From contig NC_092674.1 of assembly GCF_964355755.1 (NCBI RefSeq), positions 23,498,001 to 23,562,000 on the forward strand: a DNA stretch of 64,000 nucleotides. The letters are read 5' to 3'. Below the pieces are notes generated by a model. The model did not search any database and had not been told where the DNA came from. It was given only the letters and a program-made list of their open reading frames with translations. How positions within the stretch are numbered: the first letter of the stretch is position 1; every line of letters begins with the position of its first letter. A program made the translations under genes and the position numbers. The stretch is from Antedon mediterranea. Its lineage: Eukaryota; Animalia; Echinodermata. Positions 1 through 47,000 of the stretch are shown piece after piece.

Positions 1-32500
<32,500 letters not shown>

Positions 32501-33302
32501 CCAGTTACATTTCTCCATTGAAATCATTTAAAAGTGATTATATTTTGATACTGTATGAAATGAAATTCATTTTTTTAACAATAGTTACATATTTTGGCGA
32601 ATTCCTTGCATTGGGCAGTTTGTTAGATGAATTTTCCTTTATTTTATAAATGTATATATAAATGTAATACAGTAGACATGCATTAATTATGTTAAGCGGA
32701 CCTTAATTTATTCAAGTAAAATTTATGTTTCCCAAGTTAATATTGTAAATTTTTACGAGATACTTTATTATGTGTACTATATTACTGTATATGGTGGCTT
32801 TGTTAATGCCATATGCATGTTTGGCTATTAAAGCTCTGTTCACAAGAAGCCTGAATTGCACCAGTGGAATTTAAGCAAAACTGCTGATTGATAATATCAC
32901 CTACAGAAAACAAAAAGAAATATATGATACGGCGTCAACTTATACTGTCTTCGCCCATAGAAGTCCAATCAAATGACGTCATGATAAATAAATCGAATGA
33001 TGTTTATTGTTCTGATTGATCACGTACTTTGGTTAGATAAATAATAATAAATATTATTTTTAATATAAAGGGTTATCCTAGACTAGAATGGTTAAATTCC
33101 GTTTGTTTTCTGTAGGAAAATGTAAATTTATCTATTTATATCCGTTTGTTATCCTCTTATGACCAGCATTAATGCTGTGTATGGTTAGAGGTAGGTTCTT
33201 CTGGTTTTTCTTGAAAATGGCAAATTCGACTTCGTGTGAACAAATGCTGTTTGTCGTGGCAATATTTCAACGCTAAATAAATTTTCTTAAGTTATTTCTT
33301 AA

Positions 33303-33851
33303 AGATGTATTGTCCCTTGAAACACAAAAAAATGAAAGTCAAAATATTCTAAATTTAAATTGGCCATATCAAAGTAATATTAAAGTTATTCACTTTAAGT
33401 CGAAAATTCGTGCCAAAAACAACAATTTTACGTAATTAACAGGTAAATTAGTTTGATTACATTTCGTCTGGAAAATCGTCACGAGAGAAAGTAAACAAAG
33501 ATTTCAAACCAAGAGTATGCATTATGCATGATCCTAATTAGGATTGTTTACAACTCGTCACGGTTGAGAAGGTGTTTTCACACAGATCGCGAGGAAGTTT
33601 TATGATTATGCATACAGAGTAGCCAAACAAGCGCGTTGCATTATAAGATATGATTTGATCGAAAACTTTGACTGGAAGTCACAGTTTTTTTTTAAACTAA
33701 AAAACGTCTATATTTCAGTTAAATAATTTTTTTTTTCCGACTAATTTTTGGAGAAAGTTAATAACTATTATGATATTTCAAAATGACCCACTTTTTTTTA
33801 AAATCTTCTAATTTTTATTTTTTTGGAATTTGACAAAGGGACAATACATCT
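33303..33851. mobile_element. TTAA-flanked non-autonomous DNA transposon (Kolobok-like)
   Basis: TTAA|AGATGTATTGTCCCTT...AAGGGACAATACATCT|TTAA with perfect terminal inverted repeats. Confidence 0.75.
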
Positions 33852-34499
33852 TTAAGAAATAACCCAATATTTTTACGATTATTTATTAAGGTTTATTTTT
33901 ATCAATAGTAAAAATAATTTATCCACACGTTTATATTGCTGTGTATACATATTCTGCACGGGCAATTTGACCTCCCGTCACGCTCATTGATTTTCAGATC
34001 TGAAAGTTCATTGTTTGTCTAAAAAATATTGGCCTAAGACGATCTAGGCAAAGTTTACGGTTTCTCTCTCTGCGGGTGAAATCAATTATTGCAGGCGACG
34101 ATTGTACATGGCATAGACCTAGTCCGTTGAAGATCTTTTGTTCAATGAGAAACGGTGTAATATAGACATTCGGTTTGTGTCTTAGGAGGGTGCTGCATCG
34201 TCAAAACTAGTCTACTTTATGCTAATATATTGGCTCGCAACACGCAATTGCACTTTAAATGTCTAGTATATTTATATCTAGTTAGGGTACATTAAATTTA
34301 CATTTTTATTATCAAATTCAGTCAATTTGACTTCTTATCAACTCATTTGAAATAGTACAGACGTTATTGTGTTATTTATGTATTCATATTTTATAATTTT
34401 GAATCTTTGTGTGTCTTACAAAAACTGTAATATAATATTTCTTATATATATTTATTTTACCGGTCTCGGTATGTCGTTCCCGGTAGTATTATTTTTTCC

Positions 34500-35295
34500 C
34501 TATTAGGTTAAGGCAGAAACTATAGAGGGCGTGCATATATTATGAATATTCATGATGCATGCCTAAGCTCATGACGTCATACTTGCAAAACACACTTTCT
34601 CTAACGCACGTTCGCAGTGCAGATTGGCGTTACTGCAATCTTTTTTTCTTTCGATGTTGAACTGCAATTTTTGACGTTTTCTAAAATTAATGCTTCCCGG
34701 TATACCCGTATCCCTCATTATCGCAACTCAACTTCAACTTGATATTGTTTTTGTTTTTCCGTGGTTGGCGAAATAAGAAACGCGCTTTGTAAATCGGGAC
34801 TATCTCAAGTAATTTGACAGATTGCATTTCACTTCCGACCAATCACTAATCTCTTGTCAATGACGTCTTATCAATCCATTTCGGCGTTTGTGATTGGTCT
34901 AAGTAGGCTATTTCCTAAAATAATATGAAAACATAAAAAAAAAAACATTAAAAAAAGATAAAATGCATAGAGACAGGCATGACGCTGGTATAAATTTGGA
35001 AGCGTATGTCCGGTAGAATAACATTGCGCACTTCCAATAAAATTGCAAACGACAAATGACGTCACCTTAGCTAGTTTCGATAAATGTTCGTTGTCCTTAT
35101 AAAAAAAGCAGGAAGTGTGAAGTATGTTACTGTCTTTATTATGACGATATTAAAACTCAATCTTATGATATAGCGCACATCCGGGGCCTCGCCAATATTA
35201 TATGAATCATATCGACCCATTCACCGATGGCTAAATCTCTCCGATTTTGTTTTCGTTTATGTTTCATTTATTCGAGATAATACAGGAATACCGGT
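34500..35295. promoter_or_regulatory. Possible promoter region between FRY and the cyclase gene
   Basis: Locally CpG-richer sequence with TGACGTCA (34572, 35057), CCAAT/ATTGG boxes and ETS-like ACTTCCG and CAGGAAGT; motif evidence only. Confidence 0.3.
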
Positions 35296-36087
35296 AACTT
35301 TCTTAAACCTACTCCTTTGAAAGACTATCGTATGACGATTTTAGTCCCGGTTTAGTCCAGCACTACCGTTTTAGAATAGTCCTGAACTAAATCTCAGAAA
35401 TAGTCAAGGACTAAAGTTAGTCCTCTTTCACGGGCCTTTATTATTATTATTCTCTTTTCTCAATGTCCAAGTGTCTCTCTACCCACTCCCAATCCATCCT
35501 GATTGACGCCTTGTAGTTATATCTAATTTGTTTTTCTAACATTCTTTAAATGGTGGTTTATACTACCCTATTGGAATTTGTAACAGACGTTCAAAAGAAT
35601 TCGTATAACTACAATCTTTGAAGCGAGAAAACAAAATTCAAACATACTAGTTGAGCAGTTGTAGACAGATCAACTATTATAATATTTCATTCTTTAAAAA
35701 TAGAACACCACAGTTGTTCAAGTAAGATAGTAGGACTATTTCCAACATTGACGACGACGATACTATTTAATCCTATCTTGAAATGACAAACTAACTAATA
35801 AACAACTATTTAGAGTCTTGCACAAACAGAAAATGTTGTGAAATTATTATGGTGCCTTCTGAAAAGTTCTCTAGTTTTTAAGAATTTATTTTAGTTTTTT
35901 ACTATCTTTGTTGTTGCTAGATTACATATTTTGTAAATACTGTAGGCCTACTGTATTGCCTTATTGGTACTACAGTACAACTAGTTTCCCGTGCTGTTTC
36001 TTCATTGTTAGCAGTATATAGGAAAGTTCCGTGATACTGCGGTACATGTTATTATTATAATTATCTGCAATCAGTTTAATGGTTAGG

Positions 36088-36252
36088 CTAAAGCTTGGTT
36101 CCCACTATAGCAACGCAACGCAAGGACGTAGACGTATCGCAATGAAGTTGACCAATGACAAGCGACAGTTGAATAAATTCATCGCTTGTGATTGGTCAAA
36201 TACCTTACGTTGCGTTACGTTGTGCTGCGTCTCTTGTGGGAACCGAACTTTA
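36088..36252. mobile_element. Palindromic Harbinger-like MITE
   Basis: TAAAGCTTGGTTCCCAC...GTGGGAACCGAACTTTA with internal inverted arms (TTGACCAATGACAAGCGA / TCGCTTGTGATTGGTCAA). Confidence 0.7.
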
Positions 36253-37282
36253 GTAACTACTGTTTTCTACAGTAGAGATTAGCCTACATATGAAATAAAA
36301 CTAAGCGTTCGATGCACTTGCGTTGCTGGTCATCTCTAATCAGTCGCATCTGTATAGGCCTACATGTAGCCTAATGGCCGATTCTCGCTTTCTATAATTT
36401 TCCCAGTATCATAGACAGAATTTTCCTAGATACTGGACAGATAATGTGGAAATAAATACAGAAAATCGGAGATAGATTTACAAAGTACTGCTTTCAAATA
36501 GCAACCCTTTTTTTTCATAAAGACTAGTAGATTAACATACTGGCTAATAATATAACATTCGCATTTACCGTTTCTCGCTATAATGGCAATAATCTTCAGT
36601 TATTAAAAGTTGACAGCAGCCAGCGTAGTGTTCCACAATGTTGAGTTAAATAAAGCCTACAGAAAGCATGATAAAAATAATTTGTTACAACAGCCGCACC
36701 AACTGCATATAGATAATATTACTAGCAGAAATAGTATAATGTGTTTGTAATAGGCAATGCAATATTTCAATTTCAATAATAAAGTGACTGCAACAATTAT
36801 GATTCATTTATTTTTGTTAAGTATGAATTATAGATCTACATTAGGTTTCTCTGCCTCCGATTCACATGGTTTTCAGTGTAACACTAGCGTGTCAAAATAA
36901 TGCATAGTGACGCGACAAAATAATTCCCGGAATGTTTGGAGCTATACGGAACATAAAATACTAATTGAATACCCGATTAAATATTAACCTAAATGTCAGA
37001 TAATCGTTGAGGAATATATATTGTTTTATCAGTTATTTGCGCGATGCTGATTTCGATCATGTAGAAAATATCGAATCTTGTGTCAAGCTATGATTGTTCG
37101 TATAAAGTAAACAGCGCGATCAAACGTATTTTATTTAATCATTCATGTAAAAGATCGTGGATTGTTCCTGGATATTTATAAATGGCCATGCACTCATGCA
37201 TTTCCGTTCTTTATATACTCGTTGGTTTTATCATAGGCATTAAATAACAGTCTGCGGTTTGGAACTGTGTTGTCATTTTGTG

Positions 37283-37593
37283 GATGCTGCTCTATCCTGG
37301 TACGTTCGAATGGATATTCTACGCGATTCGACGAATGTCAACGCACCACTCGTCGACGACATACCACCAGACTGCGCGTTACAAACGCGTCAACATTCTT
37401 CGGACGACGCGCTTCCAAGTAAACAAAGTTTTTCTTAAAAAATAATCATTTCTTGAGGCCTATTTCTAAAGCCAAGAATATTATCTGCTTTATATAGTCC
37501 TAAACTATTGTTGTTTAGGCCTACGGTTTTAATTGTAACTATTTAATTTGTCGTTTGTCGGATAATACTAGAATATGCCGAGGAAATTCAAAG
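37283..37593 (+). CDS. Candidate N-terminal exons of the ADCY10-like gene (about 37283-37418 and 37572-37593)
   Basis: ...VNILRTTRFQ|GTAAAC and TAG|NMPRKFK-G|GTTTGT splice in phase to the exon at 41088; no homology support, start codon uncertain. Confidence 0.35.
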
Positions 37594-40500
37594 GTTTGTG
37601 TACTTAACCATTATATTAAACCAGCATGTCTGCTAAAGTTGTAGGAAGTATTTTATTTAATTTATTTGTAACGTTTATTTGTATTGCAATTGAACGCATT
37701 CCAAAGCAGTATTCAATAGTGTAAATCTTATCTTCAATCAAAGCACTATTGGGATGGTTGAATAATTTGTCTAGGCCCTTCTAGCCTAGCCTAGTAGGTA
37801 GGCCTAGGCTAGGACCTAGACTAGGGTACGGTACTTAGAAATAGGCTAGGTTAAAAAGTACGATAGCTACAATTAGCCAACAGTGGACCTTAATTAAATT
37901 ATTAAGATAAACTTGTATAGGCCTACATCTTAATTGCCTATAGAGTCTAGCCTAGTGCAGTATGCCTCATTATGCATAGGCCTATGCCTAGCCTAGTGTA
38001 TACCTAGATTTAGGTAGGTCTACATTTTCAACTTTCATGTCATATGCTAAATGTTGATATTGTACTTTACTAGGCCTACATTTCCTTATAGGCCTAGGCC
38101 TAGTATCTTAAGATTGTAATACTGAGTAGCATTTAAAAACACTAAAACCTAACATTACTTTGCGTTCATTCATAGTTATATGCATATGCCTTGGCCGAGG
38201 TGGTCTACCTAATATCTAAACAAATAATGCCTAATGATATATTTAACTAAATATTTGACAAACATTCAAATAATTCTTTGTAGAAAGATTATTATATTAT
38301 GTTTAATGAAAGTTACTGAGCCTTGAACAACTTGGTTATCGATATAGGTATCTCATTATTCGTTTAACCTATGATAGAATTTAATGTAATTCTCCGTATA
38401 GGCCTAGGTCTATTTGTTATAGAAATATTACCCTTTACATCAAAAACTTAAGAGAGAGTGAGGTTTCACTCTTGTATAAGGCCTGAATAGAAGAAATTTG
38501 AGAGTTTAAAATTAAATAAATTTAAAAAAATATATTTTATACCGTATTTTTATCATGCTTCATCTCACCATTTTATACAATACTACAATTTTGACTAATT
38601 TATTATATCTTAATGTATTGTATTCCTTGTTCTTTGTTTACACGAGGCTTTAGAGAATAAACAAGTAAGTAGGTCGGCCCTATTTATTTGAACTATTTCA
38701 GCCTGGAGAAACTTTAAGGAACTAATTAGGCACACGTAAGTGGCACTAGGCCTATAAGCGTGTAAAGCTCTGTCTACACTATCGAAGTAGGCCTAGTTTG
38801 AAAAAAAAATGTGATGTGCCCATATATGGCAGTGAAATGACGTAATCGTGTATATATACAGTATGGGCAAATCATTTTTGTTGCCACATAAAGTTTGATA
38901 GTGCTTCACAAAGCACAGAACTTTATCTTCAAGATGTACATTTCGATTTTTGTCACGCCTGTAGGCTAAAGCTACAGGCAATTTAACTACTGTACTATTA
39001 ACCAGTGTATAGTTCAGTTGTGATCTTGTTAATCCATTCCACTTGCGTAGTGTCTGTACAGTCACATTAGTATCATTTTGTGGTGTTAATTACGACTTAA
39101 TTCATACGTTAATTTCGATTTAACCATTTTAATGCGTGCGTGTCTATTTAATATCAGTTAATTGATTGAAATTTAAAATGCATTAAATATTAGCAGTTGT
39201 GACCCGTTATTCCAATTTATTTTTAAAAATACATTTTATTTAAATATGTAAGACTTTCAAAACAAATATTTCAAGTCGATTTTAGACACAAATTCAATAG
39301 ATATCTGTGACCTTCTATTCCATTTTTAACAATTCTTGTTTTATTAATTAAAAAGTATTTTCGTGCCGATTTCTTGTTCGTAAATTTGGATTGGATTTTT
39401 TTAGTTTTTGTTTTTTGGCTTGTCCTCGATCATAAAATATTTCAGTTTGTTATTAATTCATTGTGTGCATTAGCCAAGAATATAGGACTTAAAATGGTTT
39501 GATAAGCAAAAAGAATCTTAACACCGTTTTAGTGCTTAAAGAAGAAAATGAATACAAAAGACAGTATAGACAGAAGATCGATGGGATCAGAAAAGTATTC
39601 CAGTTGCTTATATCTAGAATCAATTTCATTTTAAAAAGACATTATTATTATTTAGTATAATATCTTGCTGCGCTTACATTAAGGTCGATTTGGTCAGCAA
39701 AACTGGCGAATGAACAAAAGTACGGTAGTCATTCCATTGTTGTTGCTTATCAGACTAAATACTGTAATGTAAAACTACAATTCTCTAAAGCTCCGTTTTT
39801 ATTCAAATACGTATAGACATACTTTTATAGATCTTAGGCCTTGCTTTTATAGTAACACCAATTGGATCAGCAATTGTTTAGTGAGTATATAAAGCTGCTT
39901 TCGGTGCATCGTTTTCTTTATCGGGCAAGGATTTCTATAGTGTCCAAGGATATTTCAACTATCATATAAATTTGTTTGGATTCATTTTTCCGTACCAAAT
40001 TATGAATAATAATGAATAATTGAAAATACAATAATGTATCGTAATATTTAAAAACATTTAAAATTGCTGATTTCCTGTTTGTTTTGTTTTTTTAAAATTT
40101 AAAACTGACAGCATTGTCGGAAATGATCAATATCTATTTTCTAAAGATAAATCACAATGTCATAGTTCAAGTATACGGTCCAACGTTATTGTCATAGTTA
40201 TATAGAGTTATCGAAACCGTGTATCATCATTATCTTGTTGTTGTTCTATTTCTTTGTATTCTACCAATATACAGTATTTGAAAAGAATCGTACTATGGTA
40301 GGCCTATCAGTGAGTTTAACATGTCCTAAAACAACATCCTAAGTATTTGAGAATTAATATGTGAAGATATGATCTAATGATCTAACGACCAATAACGGTA
40401 AATATACAGGTGTTGCCTTGGAGTTATGCCATTATGCACGTAATATGCAAATGAGTAAACGATGGTTTATGATGTTCCACTGGTTTGTGGTTTGTGGTGT

Positions 40501-41087
40501 TATTGGAATTATGTTGTCCACACACGTAGTATCTATTTTTAAAGTATCAGGTATTTTCGCTAATTTTCTGCAAACCACATTGTAGACAGTGCCCTTGGTT
40601 TCAACAAACTTATTTTTTTTAATGAGAATCCATATTATATGTCTAAGCAAGAGAAAATGTCTAGTTTATATACGTAAATCTAGATTCGAATCTGTCGTTG
40701 ATAATTTGTTTTGATTGAAAATGCTAAATGATATTAAAATGCTGAATTGATTTGGGTAAGTATATATGAATTTTATTTCTTTAATTAAAATGATGCAAGA
40801 GAAAATGTAGGCCTAGATAAGTGCAAGTGCTAATACGAAACGTTACTTTTTGATATGGACATTGTTTTGAGGTAAGATAATTGCTAGGTAATTTTGAGGC
40901 TTTATAATTTTGCGTCCGTGCAAATTAAACATTCGTAAGTAAACCTAATTTATACCCTTTTCACACCGCTATCAACAATGCGGAGTTGATCCGGAATGGG
41001 GAAATATTGGCCGGGTGTAAACAAACGTCGCATCGCTCAGAATACAGTACTAAATGACTCAATGCTAAAAACCTTTATGTATTGCAG

Positions 41088-44000
41088 GTGGAATCGCTGG
41101 AGAGTTGTCTGCTCAGCTCCCGGACCTAGTTATCGACGCTGCGTTCCGTCGGAAACAGATTCCTTATGTTGACGAGTTGGAAGGATGCCTCATGTTTCTT
41201 GATGTTTCAGGTAGGCCTAAATAAAAAATAATATTAATAATATATTTTTCCTTAAGTATTGGTTTAAACCTTCAGTCATTACAGTTTTTTTAAAATATTA
41301 GTTGACATGTAGACAACTATTCCTCCTATTAATTGAATTGAATGAGAGACGGAAAAGTTTCGTTTCTCCTGCAGTTGCATATTATGATTAAGGCAAACTA
41401 CTAATGTTTTGCACTTATTAATGCACAATATTTATTAATAGTAATTACTGTAAAGACCGTTGAACTCTAATAATCGTATCTAGGCACGTGTAACAGTCGC
41501 GCTTCGGACCCCTGGCGTCGTGATTGGTCTGATACCTGCCGCAAAATTACGTTGTGTTCAAGTGGAAAACAAGTTTATCCAGGGAGAGCAACATGACTAC
41601 GTCAATATTATAATGACGTCGTGCAAATTGAGTTTGTTGTATTTTATTTTAATTAATTAATTTAAAACATAGGATTTACTGCTTGCTGTGAGGAATACCA
41701 GAGAAGAAATCTTGGAGTGGATACACTGATGAAAACCCTGAACAACTACCTTGGAAGAATCGAAGACGTTGTATTAGACGCGGACGGCGATGTTGTGGAA
41801 TTTGCTGGTAAGCCGTTTCAGCAACAGAATATTTAAAACAATTCACCGCACTCATAATATTTGGTTATTCAAAATACCTAACGCATAAGAATATGTCGAT
41901 AAAACAACAGTACTGTACAAACAAATGCCAAATACACTTCCGCTTTTTTTTTGGACAATAATGTCCACAATACTTTAATACAACTTCCTTTTTTTTAATC
42001 AATATGTAAATTGAACAGATCATACCGCAAAAATCGATATACACTATTGATCAGAAAAATGTATTTAACATTTTAAGTTCGGACTACCATAACGATTTCA
42101 CGTTTTTGGAGAACTGAATTTTCTGTTCCCGCTCAAAAACACAAGTCTGTACTCTCAAGTATTGCCGGACTACATATATAATTTACTGTTTTAGGCGATG
42201 CATTGCTTGTTTTGTGGCAAGCAACTACAGAAACTAAGAACAGCATTGTCGGAAAAGTAGTAAAATGCGCACATGAGATACATCGGAGATGTCATGACTG
42301 GAAGACAGAAGTTGGTGTAGTCCTAGGGGTAAAAGTTGGTAAGCAATAAAGAAAAATTAAATATTAAAAATACATATCATTGTCCAACCGATTTAGCAAG
42401 CTTTTGTTTTGAGAGGCCTAACACAACAATGGCTTGTGGAACAGGAAAAAAAAATTGCCAGAACTGCCCTCATACAGAAATATCTTTTTGATCTCTTAAA
42501 TTACCAATCATCCCGAAACGAAATCACGCTATTAGCTGGTTCCGACTGGACTTTTCGGTTTTCCAACTGGGACTTTTAGGTACCGTGCAACTCAAGTTAG
42601 TTGTACAGGCTACAGTTCGAATTCGAATTGTGGGCTTACGTCCAAATCGGAACCATGCTAAACAGTAGATCTAAGTAGACCAGGTCAACTATCGTTGACT
42701 CCTCTTCTCCTCCTCTTTCAGCATATTCTTATAATCCCGATAAAACTGTTGTTTTCCACTATGTTCGTAATTTGCTATAACATTATTAGTAGGCCTGTTT
42801 TAAATTGTTAAAAATTCAAATTCTTTATTTATGGTGTCTTTTCCCAAGATTTTCTGAAATTCTTCACTCAAATTGAGATGGTGAATTCATATTAAAAATG
42901 ATCATTTTAACGTTTTCCCTTGAAGCAATATCTTACGGTGCTGTTAGCATAACCTACGTTGGGAATCTTAAATCACAACATTTTGTCACCGGTGGAACTG
43001 CTGTCATTGAAGTGAACAAAGCAGAAAAGCATTGCCAGAAAGGGTACACCGTTTTAGCAAAATCTGCTTTCAAATTATGTCCATGGAAGGACCTCATTAG
43101 GTTTGAGTTACTTGACGAAGGTTCAGCTAGAGTGAAGCTAGTTAAGAAAGCATGGCTAACCAAGTACGAGGAAGAAGGTAGGCCTACTGACATTTTAAAT
43201 ATACAAATAATGAATAGTGAAATAGTACAATTAATTTAATTAAATAAGGTAAACAATAGAATTTCATTTTTCTCCGAATTAAATTATTTGTACCATTGTG
43301 ACATATTTTGTAGTATTAATTTGGAATTATTGCATTGATTTTTTCCAAAATAGTTTATTGCATTCTGGTGGTCGTAGATGTTAGTAGAACTAACTTACAC
43401 CATACTATCCCGATCAATATGTTTACGATTACATTGTTGTTTCAAGTCGAATCTTTACTATTTATACTCTCATCTTTATTTATACTAATCGTTATTTTCG
43501 TTGTTGACATTTATAGTCGCGAGTGTATATCATATAAAGTTTATTTAACAATTAACAAAAATAGAAACATGCGTAATTTTAAATATGTCAAGGTCGTAAA
43601 TGGCATTAATGCCATTTTATGTGTATTATTTTATATTAGATAATTTGTTATGTCTTGAACTATTATTGTTTTTACACAGGTAGTCAAGAGAATGTGGAAA
43701 GTCCAAACAAGAAAAGGGTAAATAAATTACTTTAATTTTAACCATTCAAATAGAGTGTGAAATAACTGTAACTTCATTGAATGGGAAACAGTCTCAGCAA
43801 CACATTTCATATTAAATTCAGGAAAAATTTAGTTGTTCTCAAAATCCCACGTTCTGATTTTCTATGTGGACTTTTTTACATAGACCTTATTAATATGTAA
43901 GACTTCTTTTTGTGTAGACTTTTTATGTTTACCTTTGTAGACGCTTTTTATGTAGACTTTCTTAATGTAAACTTGTTTTTTAGTAGATATCTTCTTATGT

Positions 44001-47000
44001 AGACTTTTTTGTACCGACTTTTTGTTAGCTGATTTTGAAAGTAGAATTTTTTTTGGAGATTATTTTATGTAAAATTTGTTTTTAAGTATATTTTTTTAAG
44101 TAGAATTTTTTTTATGCAGATTTTTTTTTGTATGTAGACTTTTTTATGTGTAGGCCTACTTTTTTTTATTTAACCTTTTTTTGTAGCCTTTTTTTATGTA
44201 GCCTTTTATGTATAATTTTATTTTAAGGTATACTTTTTGAGGTACTGTAGACCTTTCTAATAGACATTTGTTTAATGCAGATGTTTTTAATGCTATGGAG
44301 AATTTTTTTTTCCGAAATAAAAGATGAATGAATTAATGCATTTTTTTTATTTAGACTGAGTTTTGACAATATTATTTTTTTTATTGTTAACTTTTGTTAA
44401 TATTTTGTCCTATTATTGTAGAAACAAAGCAACCGAGACTCAGGTTTATTTCGAAGGTCATGTAAGTGAAACAGTAATTTTAGTGAAATTGTTGACTGAG
44501 ATTATGTTAGTTGGCCTATCTAGGGTTGTAAACAGGAGCTTCACCATTGATCCTATTTTTTCTGTCCAAAAAATAACCCTAAGTACCCGGACTCTTGTAT
44601 TGGCCACGTTGTGTTTATGTTTACCGTAGGCCTAATAGTATAATAATAATAGACGTAATAATAGTTGTCTTATATTTCACCACGTCCATGAAATATTGTA
44701 TTAAATAACTAGCAGGGTAACTTAGCACTTTTTTTGTGCACTTTGTGACAAAAGCACCAAATTTGGCACAAACCTTCTTTAGGGTATATCTAACAATCCT
44801 AGAAGGGGTGCCCAAAAATCGGAACAATTTAACGACGTCATTTGGACCACGCCCTTTTTTTAGTATTACGTAATTAGGTGAAAACTTAAATCTTCGTATA
44901 TACATACCAAGTTTGGTATCAAATTAAAACTCATGACATGTACATTGCAATACACACATAAAAAATATATGATTTCTCTTCAGACGGAATATATAGGTCA
45001 AATAATGTAATTTTCTGTCATATTGAAGGGTATTTCAATCAAAACGTGCCAATATTGTGCTATGTTATGAACATTGTAGTTATAAGAACAACAACATTCA
45101 TTTTTTGTAATAGTACTAATATATATTTATCCTGTACCAGTTACTTTCCTTTAACATAATATTAGGAACCACTGAAAAAAGGTATATAAAACATATACTG
45201 TATCAAACTTGGCTCAATAACCACTGGACTATTAGTAAACCGACAAAAGACCATTTGACTGACAATTATGGCGTTAGCATCCATAACAATACATGGAGGT
45301 GATTATCAACTTTACTTTTATGAAATTATTTATCTGGAAACAAATACTTATAATGGTACAGAGTTGTTAGATGACGAACAAGTTCCACGGCATGGGTAAA
45401 AAGACCTGCTGAACGGCACTTGCAGCCACACTTTATTCCCTACATGCCATGGATGCTTCAGGTAGTATTGTCCAGATTGGTGTCCATGTACTGCCGGTTT
45501 TAGTCCAACCAAAGTCTTCTGGTGATGGAGAATTCTGCTGTGGCTGTAGACTGGTGGTCCAAATGCTTGCTTGGTATATGGATCTGTTGGAATGCTGTAA
45601 AAGTGCATCCTTCAATAAACAATTTAAAGATTGGTGTTACCTTTTAATGAAAGAAAAACATGAACCTGATAATAAATTATTAAACGACAATTGACAATTA
45701 TATGGAAGCTCCCCTTACCTGTGTAGGAGGAATGTTGTCAATTGACCGTGCCTTTCTTGAAAAAAGATCTTGTCTTAGCTCAGTAACACTTCTTAAAGTA
45801 CTTGTCTTGTCGTATAGATGACATGTAAACTCCTCTAGCAACTGAAATTGAGATGAGTTGACTCCTAGAGATTTGAAAGGGTTATGTGCCATGAAAAGAA
45901 AGGCTTCTGTGACTGCTGGAAATGAGTTCCACGTCTCCCATGCAGAGTGTTTTGCTTTTCCGAAGAACTGGGATGTAGTATCGGACCCAGTAAATGCATG
46001 AAAAACTGGCAGCCCTCTTGACTTATCCTCTCCTAGGTTATGGCAGATGGTATTTATATTAAAATATTGGAAGTGCTTACCCATGCCAAATGCGACCCAG
46101 ATACACGTACCAGGATAACAGGCTATTAGATTGCAGAAAATACCAATCAGGATAACAATGACATCAGCAGTATCAACTGTACGCACCAAAATAACCCTGC
46201 TGCCTTTCTTTAAGGCATCATCAATGTGAATGCACATCCTGGATTCGGCCTCTTCATGGTCGCAGATTGACATAGGTTGAGTAGATGTCAACATACAACA
46301 GACTCGCCTACAGGACATATATCAAGAATTACTTACTAATTTAATATGCCTTTTTAATTAATTATTGGTATGAAACTGTATAAGTAAATTAATCGTTTGG
46401 TTACAAACAAAATAAATTAGTATGTATCATAATAAAACTTACCTGATGTAATTATGTAAACTTCTTTGCAGTCAGAGTAACCATGTAGTTAAAAAGTTAA
46501 ATAACTCCTCTTTATTTACTGGATCTTTCAGAAAGTCTGGAAAATTCCGTGGAATCTTTGTTTGTCCCCCAACTTTCCTCTTGACCCATTTTCGTCTTTT
46601 TTCTCCTGTAGACTGCTTAAGACTATCTGTTCTGTAAGTGTCCCACACTATATCAATTCTGTTACTATTCTGCAACTGCTGTCTGGTCCACGGTAGAAAG
46701 ACCTGTCATACAAATGATACAAGAATAACGATCCGCATATAGAAGTGACCAATTATGTGGTGGTTAAACAATAGATACAATCCTGAATGCAAAGAAATGT
46801 ACTCACCTTATCATCGTAGTCATGTAAATGCATGGTTGCTGGAAAGAGCATGGACAATAGCAGCTCCGTCAAACACCTTTACGTCAAAATATGTAGGAGG
46901 TTCAGGCTGGCCTTCAGTCTCCAAATGCTGTAGCAACTCAGACTCCTTAGTTGGTAGTCGAAGCTTTCCATTTACTGCCAAAGAGGGTGGCCATGGCTGG

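Noticed and set aside
37770-38110. Cluster of TAGGCCTA/CCTAGG palindromes
   Set aside because: The motif is scattered across the window; treated as genome-wide low-complexity background.
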